Origin: Octopus sinensis
Lineage: Eukaryota
Direction: 5' to 3'
Length of the DNA: 64,000 bases
NCBI RefSeq assembly: GCF_006345805.1
Contig: NC_043003.1
Coordinates: 66,092,001-66,156,000, forward strand
Shown: piece by piece, positions 52,446-64,000 of the stretch
How the letters are laid out: the number at the start of each line of letters is the position of its first letter
How positions within the stretch are numbered: the stretch's first letter is position 1
The notes under the pieces: model-generated
Told to the model about the DNA's origin: nothing
Databases searched by the model: none
Seen by the model: the letters and a program-made list of their open reading frames with translations, nothing else
Position numbers and translations under genes: made by a program

Positions 52446-52693
52446 CAGTGTTTCTTAGCTATTATTTTGACCAGTGGACCCCATTCAATTCATTTGGGAT
52501 TGACCCTCCTAGCCTTTCGACGCTTTAAAAATCCTGTTATATTTATATCATTATTAAATATTATTAGGAATTGTATAAAAAAATTTATTTTGTGTACTGT
52601 AGAAGTACAGCCAATATATTTGCAGATAAAGTTTAACAACCAAATCTGATATGGTCCTCCTAGGATCGTATGAACCCCGGCTGAAAGCCACTG
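52446..52693. mobile_element. hAT/Charlie-like MITE (~248 bp)
   Basis: Imperfect 14-bp TIR CAGTGTTTCTTAGC / GCTGAAAGCCACTG, subterminal GGACCCC and GAACCCCGG motifs; the 8-bp flanks match only 4/8. Confidence 0.5.
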
Positions 52694-53774
52694 ACCTGTA
52701 CCATCGCTGATGTTAAAGCATAGATTTCAATTATGCAGTGTTTCCTAGTGGTTATGCATAAAGATACGCTGATACAAACCTCCATATATGTCGACTTTGG
52801 AGTTCTTGTGATACTACATAATATGCATGCGTACTTATATGAACGTATGTCTACGGTGCATCTATTTATGAGTGCGCTTTTGCATGCATGTATATATATA
52901 TATATATGTATGTATATACGGTATATATGTACAGATAAGGAAATAATTTTATTCTCAGTTCGTACTATATTATTAGCATTATACTGCGTTTGAGAATAAA
53001 ATTATTTCCTTATCTGTATCTTTCAATATATCTCAACGCTTCTAAACCAAAATTTGTTGACTTTCAACGTAATTTGAATTTATACATAGATCTCTTCGAT
53101 CTAGTTTGGATTCTTTGCCATCAAATTTGAATTTTTCAATTGGTGCTCAAGACTTGAAAAAAAAGGGTTAAACTACATCAGCCGTTAGGGAATACATGGC
53201 TATCTTATCTAACTCGCCCAGTAGACCCCACTAATTGATATCTAAAAAGTTGGATGAAATAACTCATGAACACTGCGCTAGCTTCTACCAAAAGATGCTC
53301 CGTTATGTCGACCAGCTTGAACAAAGGGAGATAATAAACGAATGTTTCTCTCATTCTCTCTCTCTCTCTCTCTCTCTCGCTATTTATGTGAATATTTCTC
53401 GGCGTGCCTACGTGTATGAGAGGGTCGTGGAGCGGGGATTTCCCTGCAGTGCCCAAAATTATTGTTCCCTTAAACAAGTTCAACGTCTATTCAGCTTTGC
53501 CAAATCGCTTCCCTCCAAACAGCATCGCCCAGTTGTTTCTTTATGACTCGTGATACGGTAAAATAGCGGACTTCAAGCTCTGCTTTAAATGCTGCGTGAT
53601 ATTTTTTTTTATTACATCTTTGTATTCCATGCTGATAGGGCAGCAATTAAAACCCCTTCTTGTGGCCGTGAGCACAGTGGTAGTAGGAAGTAAGCCATCC
53701 TTAAACAGCCAATGATAAAGTTGTGTTGTAGAACCGAGTTACAGATGAAGTCCGACACACGAGATCTTTGAATT

Positions 53775-53990
53775 ATTTTCTACCCTAGGCACAAGGCCTG
53801 AATTTAGGGGGAGGGGTCAGCTGATTAGATCGAACCCAGTACGCAACTGGTACTTAATTTAGCAACCCCTAAAGGATGAACGGCACAGTCAACCTCAGCG
53901 GAATTTGCACTCAGAACGTAAAGACACACAAAATACTGCGAAGCATTTCGCTTGATGTGATCAGGTTTCTGACAGCTCGCCGCCTTGAGA
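53775..53990 (-). mobile_element. SINE family A, full length
   Basis: CTAGGCACAAGGCCTG tail, ACTGGTACTTAATTT, GGAATTTGCACTCAGAACG, CAGCTCGCCGCC head. Confidence 0.82.
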
Positions 53991-54299
53991 TCTTTAAATT
54001 CCTTTAATGTGATGCAGTGACGTATTCTTTGTAGTTGAAAATAGAACATGAATTGCAGTAATCAGTTATGAGCTTTGCATTCTTCTCAAGGTTGATTTAC
54101 CTATTACATTTCAAGAGTCAATATGTAATAGTGAAGTGCAGGAGTCGATATAAGCGACTGACCTCACTCTTTAAGAGTGCGGCATTTTGCTTCGGCCATA
54201 GACCGTTGTTAAAGTTACCTGAAATATAGCTTTTAAAATGATTTACCTGTAGTATCCAAAATTCGAAACAAGACCAGTTTAGTTTAAGGAAGTATATCT

Positions 54300-54560
54300 T
54301 TCATATAAAGGTGTGTGGCTAAATGTTTGGGGCCTTACACTCACGATCGGGCGGGGCGTTGTATTCTTCAGCAAAGCATTTCATGCCGCGTTGCTCCAAT
54401 TCACGCGATTGTAAATGGGCAACATGCCACGGAATAACATTCTGATCAGGGTGGAAAGATATCTTGCACCCCTACCCAGCGGAGTGGTATCATTCGAATG
54501 ACAAAATAGATAAGCAGCGCCTCGTGACCAGCGATGAATAACAACATCCGATAGAGTCTG
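54300..54560 (+). mobile_element. SINE family D with internal deletion
   Basis: AAGGTGTGTGGCTAA head, GTTGCTCCAATTCACGCGATTGTAAATG centre, GTGACCAGCGATGAATAACAACATC tail shared with 19728-20000. Confidence 0.62.
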
Positions 54561-54788
54561 GTCGAAAGCCTAATACGTGATATCCTTTATCATTTTGAGA
54601 TATATTTTACCTTGACTCTTACAGTGAGCTAAGATCGAAGATCAATTAAGGTTTCGGTTTGTTTCCTAATTCAGATTTCGATTCATTATTATTTACCATT
54701 ATAGTTAATCCCAGATGTTTCTTGCTGTTCTTATTATATTCCGCGTACCTTCTGATCACTGTTTTTGCTTTTTGTTAGTTTCCTGTAG

Positions 54789-54925
54789 CTGCTGTGAGGA
54801 ATACATGCAGACCAATATCCAATGCGTTCCCAAGCAATCGGCTGCGACCGCCACCGGCGAACTTGCGGTTTTGTACAAACATAAGAATTCAGTGTATAGT
54901 AAAGTTAATAGCAGATATTATTCTG
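54789..54925 (+). other. Candidate internal exon (unverified)
   Basis: Pyrimidine-rich TTTTTGCTTTTTGTTAGTTTCCTGTAG acceptor, CTG|GTATGA donor, CpG-rich non-repetitive core; two of three frames open (e.g. [28 protein letters not shown]). No homology recognised. Confidence 0.2.
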
Positions 54926-54988
54926 GTATGAAAATACAGACAGACACACAACGAACTGGAATATGTATGTGCATGTATATCTGTTTTC

Positions 54989-54989
<1 letters not shown>

Positions 54990-55087
<98 letters not shown>

Positions 55088-55117
55088 ATATATATATATA
55101 TACATATATATATGCAC

Positions 55118-55175
<58 letters not shown>

Positions 55176-55195
55176 ATATATACATATGTATATAT
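54990..55195. repeat. (TA)n microsatellite
   Basis: Direct reading. Confidence 0.95.
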
Positions 55196-55737
55196 GAATA
55201 TGCATGCATACACACATATATGCATAACAATCACGCGTATGAAGAAATATCAAAGAGCCTTTATATATGAAAAAAGAGATCGAAATCAAACATAGTTGTG
55301 TCTTTAATATGGCATATTTCAAAGAAAAGCGTTTCCCTATTTACACACGCGAACACACACATACACACAAAGACGCACACGCGAACACACATATACACAC
55401 AAAGACGCACACACACACACACACTGATACAAACTCACCATCTATATATCGTTATATACAAACTGACAGAAAGATAGATAAACGGACAGATATTATTACA
55501 GAGAGAAGATTAAAAAAAAATATCAGAATTGATTGTGGGATATAAATACTTATTTACAAAGACTTGATGAATATGTGCGTGCATTTATGCATATGTATGT
55601 GTCCATATATATTTATATGTGTGTATATATATATATATATATCTGCATATGTGTAAGTGTATATATATATATGTATGTATATATATATATATTATATATA
55701 TATATGTGCATATATATATGTATATATATATATGCAC

Positions 55738-55815
<78 letters not shown>

Positions 55816-56449
55816 GATAGATATATACACACACTCACAGTGAAAGAGAGACTGCAGGGATTGTAACATAGATACTGCAACATGATATCGGATATCTTTG
55901 TATATGTGATATATAACGTGATACGCTACGTAGAAACCTACAGCCTCTTTATTGCAATTATCAATTTTCGTTGGTATTTAAAATCAACTTGTTTTCAAAA
56001 TAATGTAAGAAGAATCTATAATTAATGTCGTCTTTCAATCAAAAATAAAATGAAAATAAAGTTGATGTATATAATTTAATAATACAATTTAAATTAATCA
56101 CTCTGAAGAACGAGGAGATCATAAAAAAGTGTTGCTATATTCTAGTATATATGTGCTTACGATTTTTGATTTCTAAATTGAAACGTTGGAGATATAGCTA
56201 TTTGCTATAATCTAGCACCTTCTGTATAGGATGAATTATAAGACGGAAGAATTGATACATACATATATAGGTACATACATATATACATACATAAATACTA
56301 CGTACATACATGCGTACATACATACATACATACACACATCATACATACATACATATATACAAAAGTACTCTCCAATGAAAGAGCCGTGTATCTAGGTTAG
56401 AAACGGTTCTTTCTCAATTGGCAAGAAATCTTGAAATAAAAGACACATG

Positions 56450-56569
56450 CATGCACACGTACATACATGCATACACATACATACATACATACATGCATAC
56501 ACACATACATACATACATACACACACAGATACATACATACATACATACATACATACATACATACATACA

Positions 56570-56603
<34 letters not shown>

Positions 56604-56620
56604 CATACATATATACATAC
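56450..56620. repeat. (ATAC)n microsatellite
   Basis: Direct reading. Confidence 0.95.
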
Positions 56621-57224
56621 CAATAATAGTTGGAGCACTTGGTTTTGTAAGTAAATGTCTAATTGCCAGTCTGGATAAATTTGGATTTTCAGAAAAAGAA
56701 ATCAGCCAACTCATTACAATTACAATTTCGAAGCGCAAAGGTAAGACAATGCGAGATTTTCCTCAGGTTTAAAATCTGACATTGTTTTCGCTATCTACAT
56801 TATCTACATGGAGCGTTGTATCTTTGTTAAAAAGCAGCACTTCAGAGGAAGAATTTAAATCATTAAAAACAGAAGATACTTACATATATACATACATACA
56901 TACATACATACGTACATAAAAAGATACATACATATCTATGTAACACAATGCTTCAATACCAATCTTGAGAAATTAGGCTTCTCAAAGGCCACAGATCCAA
57001 TCCATCATTCAAACTGTAAAATCTGTGAAACTATCCAGAAGTTTGTCATTTAAATATATTTGAGCGTGTCTAGATATGTAACTATATCCATGAGAATACA
57101 TGAAACTAAACATGCAGATCTGCACATACATACATACATACATACATACATACATACATACATACATACATACATACATACATACTTGCATTTTATCTTT
57201 TAGCTTTCAACTTTTTCTTGTGTC

Positions 57225-57390
57225 AATCATTAGACTTCGGCCATGCTGGGGCATCATCTTGAATTTTTTTTTTTTAGGCGAATGAATCAACCGCAATTCC
57301 ATTTTTAAAGCCTGGATCTTATTCTAATCGGGTCCGTTTACCAAACTGCTAGTTCATTGGAATGTAACCTAGCAGTTGTCAAGCCGCGGA
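57225..57390 (-). mobile_element. SINE family C, 3' fragment
   Basis: TTAGACTTCGGCCATGCTGGGGCA...CTTATTCTAATCGG...GTTGTCAAGC. Confidence 0.62.
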
Positions 57391-60082
57391 AAGAAGTATT
57401 TTCAGAAATTTCACAGGAGTCGGACTTGTTTACATATAACTTTCTGAAAACTGGAATTTTTAAACGAAAGTTTCGACGGACACTTTTCATAGTGTGTAGA
57501 ATACGACTATATAGCAATTTAATAGGAAAATAAAAATTGGTGGAATAGCAGCCAAACATATACATGCGCGTCACATTGTTTATGTAAAAAGTAATATCAC
57601 AAAAATTCTGTTATGATGGAATCTACATTTGAAACGTATTTGTAGGAAAGTTCATTTAAAGACGTCGATTTTACAGAAAGATATAATAAAGAAAGAAGTT
57701 CGTTGGGGCCCATATGTGTAGGTATGCTGCTGCTAACTCCAACTGGTTACTGTGCATCATTGCACATGCCTTACTGGAAGACCGTAGTAAACGTGAAATT
57801 TTTTAGATAATAATTTTAGCTATGCACACTGTTGGTTGTGTGTATCCACAAAGATATAAAAAGTAATGTTGCATACGCATGCACACACACGCACGCACAC
57901 GCAAACACACGCAAACACACACACAATCATCTAAGTACTAAAGGGACATTTTCACACAGAACATAAGTGCAGATACACACACCTACATATATACACGCGC
58001 TTATTCAACCACATTTACAAAATGTCTGGTGACTTAGTGAACGGACTGAACGCCAATAAGAACTTAAATAAATCTCCGAGATAACATACATACACATAAG
58101 ACAAACGCGCTCCTCGTCACCCTTCGAATACATCGAAGATATTCCCCTTCATTGTGGAGATAGATCGATAGCTTTATATTCTAATCCTTGACAAGCAGGA
58201 TAAGTCGAAGACGGGACTTTCAAATGAATTTGCGTGAATGCATCTTTTCTGGCTTCTAGTTTGCTTAATAAGATTATCCTCAATAACAGCAGGGTCATTC
58301 CAGCAGCCAAAACGCCAACGTGAATATTATGTAGTAACTTCTTCTTGTTCTGAAGGGTTAATGTAGATTTTTGTCTCTGCCAATTTGCATTTAGCTAGTC
58401 ATTGAGGAACTTTTTTCAGTCTAGAAAACGTCAAACGTTATACACTGGATGTCAATAATTCCACGGAGAAGACATGAATTACACACAAATGCTCTGGATG
58501 TCGGAGCTGGGTGCGTTCTGCTTTGAACGTTGCTGTCTTGACAAACGATTTGGGCGACTGTTTCAGTGCTGTATAGCAGGGAGAGGATGGACGTTGCTCT
58601 CTTTGATTGACAGATGACCTCACGTTTGACATTAACTGGCAGCATCACCTCCTGTCATAATCTGTAACGGAATTAAGAAGACATATACATGCATGCATGC
58701 ACTTATATAGACATACACGCATATGCAAACACGTAATCCACATTAACAGACGCGTGGTTGGAGAAGGCGATTAACCTATGAATTTGCTATGATAATAAAC
58801 TACGACATACGAGGTTACAAATGTCGATATTGTTAAATAGATAATATTTTGATGAGTCCATTGATGAATCATTTTCATTGAAGATCATTATAATATTCGT
58901 CTCTCACTTAAATTAAATGCACAGAAAATCGTTACAAACTGGTTGTAACAAAATAGGAAAGTATGAAACGAAAACAATTTAACGTAAGGGTTATATTAAA
59001 TGTTCTTACAGTACAAATGGAGTTTGGAAAATAAAATCTTTACTAGAGTAATAAACTGAATAATGACTTATGTAGCAGTAATAAATTGGCAAAAGAATAT
59101 ACGATTGCTGAATATATAAACAAAAGGAAAACATAATGAGATGAAACTCATTTGGATCATTTGAGTCTAAGATATATATTTCCCTTTGCAGAATTTCAGC
59201 TACGCACTGAAAGGGAGACAAAGCGTAGCAATTTATGATAGGACAACTCTTAGAGATTGTGTATATTAAAGTGTGTAACGTGGGTATGAGTTTGAGTGCG
59301 CGTGAATTTGGTAAAAATTTATTCATATTATAGTTGTGCGTTAGTTAAAAAAATACCGTTTCAAACGACGCCTTTAAGTGATTAATGAAATCATTACATC
59401 ATTGTAAAGAAACCGTTTTCGTTAGATGACTGCATAGACTTCAAACATAAAGGACCAACCAACTGCTTTAACACATTCGTATCACCAACTGGAGGTTAAA
59501 TATTTACATTGATTCTGCTGCTATTTCGTTGGTAGAATGAATATAGGAAATAGTCTATGTAGTGTAGAGCCTACAAGAATTTAGATGTTAGTAGATGTTA
59601 TAGCGTGTGTCTGGGGGATAATTCAGAGTAGTGACACTTCGAAGACAATAGGGGGATGTAGTCTTCAAGCATCCAAAATTAAATCTTTTGGAAGTTGTAG
59701 CAATATGCTAGACAAAGGTGATAAATTAATTAATATCATGACAGCCTACCAGATTATTTATTAAGTACTGGAATCTTATATCCAGCTTTGTTACACCAAA
59801 GGTTAAGGCTCGGGGTAGTAAAAAAATGAAATACATGAAGGGAAAGAGTTGATAATTGGATCAAAGAAGGATAGGAAGAGCTAACAACACTTACTTTGAT
59901 TGTCAATTTATTGCAGGAGGTAATGAAAAACTAAAGGATTAAGTACTAGAAATTACGGTTGGAAGATAAGTTCAGAGAAGAAGGTAGGGAGCACATTGTA
60001 ACTTAACATATTTATAATGTTAAAACAAACTATAAGTAATACATAGATGACAGCTAGAAGTTAGACTTAAAATTATAATATA

Positions 60083-60628
60083 CAGGGTGTTCAAAAAGTC
60101 TCTACGCAGTATTTTATTGAAAAATAACTATCTATAAGGTGGTATAAGACTACAAAAGGCTATATTAGACTTTACAAGACTTTAAAATCTTTATAAGAGA
60201 TGTTGAAAGTATCGCCCTTCAATTTCAATACATAGGTTGACTCTTCTACATGTTTTGAAATACATCTTGGAGAGTCTGTCGTGGTGTGGCCCGTGTGAAG
60301 CTTATGATTGCAACTTTTAGCTCTTTAATGGGTTCCCGCCGATACTTGTACTCTGATCCTTTACTTGCTCCCCAGAAAAAAAGGTCTGGTGGTGTTAAAT
60401 CAGGTGATCTTCTTCGCCAACGTCCCTTCGAAATAATCCATTCGCCGAAAAACTCTTGAAGTAGCGCCATGGTGATGCGCGAAGTATGTGCAGTAGCACC
60501 ATCATGCTGAAAGTATGTATTATAAACCTCACTTTCGTTGAGTTGGCCTACAAATGTAGAGACAATTTTTGAGTAATATATCTCAGTGTTGATAGTGTCT
60601 TCAAAACTTCAGTGCAGAGAACACCCTG
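60083..60628 (-). mobile_element. Internally deleted rosa/maT-like Tc1/mariner element
   Basis: TA + CAGGGTGTTCAAAAAG left TIR; GAACACCCTG (60619-28) right end. Minus strand FQHDGATAHTS...IISKGRWRRRSPDLTPPDLFFWG..K...Y...IKELKVAI...TLQDVFQNM. Confidence 0.8.
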
Positions 60629-61538
60629 TGTAAGAGAAATATTAAGACTTTTCATAAATATAGTGTATAGAATCTCCTGGTAAAGAATGTATAATGGAAT
60701 TATTTATAATATAAATAGATACCTACAGTATACATTAAACTGAAATTGAAACCATTCTCGTCAAATAGGGGTAAAGATAGGATATGGTAAGAAATGAGAT
60801 CTAATGCATAGGGTTAGTAAGTTCGAGATATAAATATATAAAGGAGCACATTCAAATACAAGATTTAAACAAATTTGGTCCTATATATGAAAAGATGCCT
60901 AAATTTGTCTACATTTCAGTAAAAGTGCCTTATTTCTGGATTGTAAATCAGTAAAGTTCTATCTCTTTCGGAGATAACAGTTCATAAAATATAACCCGAA
61001 GAATAAAGAAACATTTATGCATAATCCATACATACGTGTTTACGACCGCCTTCACTGGGAAATAAACGACATAAACGCATCAAAATGCAAAGGGGAAAAT
61101 ACTATTTTCTTTGTTTTAATTTCCTGTCTACGTTCGAAAACGTAGGTGAGTTAATACGTCACTAGACAGAGATTCGTTAAAATATCAAAAACAAAAGTGA
61201 AATCAAGAGCCAAAGCATTAACATTCCAAAATTAATCACTAATATATTTTATCAATGATATATTATGGCATAAACTTGGTTCTACGCATTTCGTCTCGAG
61301 TATGGAGGAAATTAAATGGTTATCAAATATAATAATCGTATTTTCTGTCAATAATGTAAAGCTAAAAAAAATATAAAGGTCTTTTATGTCCTCGACATAA
61401 AACTGTTTAATTCACTATTTGTCATGTTTGATGAATGATTTCTGTCTGATAATGTGGGACAAAATAATTATAAATTCATTTAAAATGTCTTCAAAAACAG
61501 AAGAAATACATAAGATAACAACGACAAAAACTTCAATA

Positions 61539-61670
<132 letters not shown>

Positions 61671-61689
61671 ACAATAATGATGATATAAA

Positions 61690-61815
61690 ATATTGGCACA
61701 AGGCTAACGATTGTAGAGGAGGGGTAAGGCAATTACATCGACCCTAGCACTCATCTGGCACTTATTTTATCGAGCCCGATGGGATGAAAAGCAAAGTGAA
61801 CCTCAACAGAATAAA
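61690..61815 (-). mobile_element. SINE family A, 3' fragment
   Basis: GGCACAAGGC, TACATCGACCC, CTGGCACTTATTTTATCGAGCCCG..GATGAAAAGCAAAGT. Confidence 0.68.
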
Positions 61816-61988
61816 TAATATAATAACAACAACAACAACAACAACAACAATATTAGTAATAATTTAATTTTCAAGAATGTGTATGTGTGTGTGTGCATGT
61901 GCATGCGTGTGTATGTGTGTATGCATGTATTTACGAGAAATTACGACGAACAAAATTATTATATAAAGCGATAGATAAGTAGACAGAC

Positions 61989-62040
<52 letters not shown>

Positions 62041-62594
62041 GGGGGGGAGAGAGAGAGAGAGATAGATAGATAGATAGATAGATAGATTTTTGAGTATCTC
62101 TACCTAAATGACAAAACTATTTTGAACTAACCAACATATTTTCCAGCCAACAATCTTATGCTGTTGAGTGTTAATAAAACCGGAACCTGTTATATCCGTA
62201 AACTTTGTAACATATGAATTAATTTTCTGATATTTGTTTCTTGAAATTATCTGTGATTTTCTTCGAAAACCGCTGTTTGTTAAATTTTAATTATGTGAAT
62301 ATATTTTGGTTTATTCAGTCAAGTAACAAATCCATGAAATTTATATATTGGGTTTGTGTGTGTGTGTTTTTGCATGCATGTGCGTGTGTCCGTGTTTGCA
62401 TTCTTTATGCGTCCGTGTCTGCGTGCGCACGCACATGCGCGTGCGTGTATGTGTATACGCGAACAAGGAATTCTGAAAGAATATAATGAGAGAAACATAG
62501 AGAAGCGTCTTCTTATACACATGTCTATGTGTGTGGCGAGGAATGGTTATGTGTGGACGTATGTGTGTGCGTTCGCTTGTGTGTGTGTGTGTGT

Positions 62595-62648
<54 letters not shown>

Positions 62649-62976
62649 AGTGTGTATTTATGTCTGTGTAGGGTTTTTATATGGGCAACTGTGCATGTAG
62701 GATTTTTGCGTTTTTCTGACTGATGGCAAAAAAGTTTGTAAAATATGTTTTTAGTATAGATTTGTGTATGTGTGTGTGTCTGTGTGTGTCTGTGTGTGGT
62801 GTGTGTGGAATTTGAGCTTCAGCACGTGTATGTATGAAATTATCCATAGATATATTACTAATACGCATGTGTGCGTTTTTTCTGACTAATATCAAATAAG
62901 TGTGTAAAATATATGTGTGTGTGTGTGTGTGTTGTATGCAAGCATGCATGTGAGTGCGTGTCTGTATATGTGTATA

Positions 62977-63012
<36 letters not shown>

Positions 63013-63533
63013 TAAAATATATTTAATGGTAATTTCGAAAAATTTCGAAAGACGTGTGGCAGCGTAACTGAGTAGGCATGTGGTTGAATAATTTAATTAG
63101 CTTAACATGATGGTATTTGTAAATATGTTGCAGACAGAAGGAAAATATTATTGTCGATAATGAGGTGGATTATGTACAATGATAAGAACAAGATGATGAT
63201 ATGATGGCAGCAAGAAAAAAATATATTTATATAAATATATATGAATATATATAAAAAAAATAAACAGGCATCGCAATCCACTGATTTTAGATTACGCGTT
63301 TATAACTTAGAGAAGACTAATTATATTTTAGCGATTAATAGATAAGTTTATGTATCGCAGAAACATAGAGATATACAAATAAAAATAATCGCCATAATCG
63401 TATGCGTTGCCTAGCGCATGCGCAGTAACGTATATATATGGGAGGGTGCATGGATTTCTGCATATGTGTGTGTGTGCCCAGTAAGTGTAGAAAGAATTTG
63501 ACGCGTATGCATCTATGTGTACACTTACCTACT

Positions 63534-63567
<34 letters not shown>

Positions 63568-63624
63568 AATTGAACAGAGTCAACAGGAAGGAGTACATTT
63601 AGACAGATGTTTATTAAAAACACT

Positions 63625-63661
<37 letters not shown>

Positions 63662-63662
<1 letters not shown>

Positions 63663-63765
63663 GTAAAATATGAAAAATCAACGAAAATGGACATTGTCGT
63701 TACTTGTCATAAATAGCCCTTTTTTATTTGCAACGTGCATTTTCGTTGATTTTTCATATTTTACC
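63662..63765. repeat. Hairpin with perfect 28-bp arms abutting (TA)n
   Basis: GGTAAAATATGAAAAATCAACGAAAATG (63662-89) / CATTTTCGTTGATTTTTCATATTTTACC (63738-65); extends inward to 35 bp with 2 mismatches. Confidence 0.92.
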
Positions 63766-63856
63766 GTTACATTTTCACGTGTATATTATATTTTCTTTTT
63801 ATAACATATTTCTACTATATATATATATATTATATATATATATATATATTATATAT

Positions 63857-63900
<44 letters not shown>

Positions 63901-64000
63901 CATACATACATACATATATACATATATACATACATATATTGCCATTTCACTTCTCAGAGCTTCCGATTTCGCTTCTGTGAGAGCAGACAACCTGCCCTAA

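Noticed and set aside
53205-53546. 103-aa and 92-aa overlapping ORFs
   Set aside because: They run through a (CT)n tract; no recognisable domain.
56100-56195. CUGAAGA...GAAACGUU with a long imperfect stem
   Set aside because: Stem I only 2 pairs and the stem II base is unpaired.
58455-58530. HELHTNALDVGAGCVLL resembling a Gypsy RNase H motif
   Set aside because: Isolated 17-residue similarity followed by a stop; downstream RNase H motifs are not convincing.

Overview
AT-rich, microsatellite-saturated eukaryotic DNA, most likely intronic or intergenic DNA of a coleoid cephalopod (Octopus-like). That assignment is inferred from the (TA)n/(CA)n/(TACA)n density and the tRNA-derived SINE families; no search was run. 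No host protein-coding gene could be supported, and almost every ORF in the track is a microsatellite translation or a transposon fragment. Mobile elements: about 40 SINE copies or fragments in four families (labelled A-D here), decayed DNA transposons (maT/DD37D-like, Chapaev3-like, an irritans-type mariner, a two-subfamily chimeric mariner, a rosa-like deletion derivative, hAT- and pogo-like MITEs) and a Penelope-like GIY-YIG remnant. The most interesting signal is a set of type I hammerhead ribozyme motifs with palindromic or minimal stem III, from several unrelated repeat families and on both strands (12.15, 16.88 and 37.84 kb; an A6-variant family at 7.6, 16.65 and 17.35 kb; decayed copies elsewhere). 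One sits in a structured ~217-nt unit that looks like a non-autonomous retrozyme monomer. Repeat boundaries were read by eye and are approximate unless a TSD or TIR is quoted.
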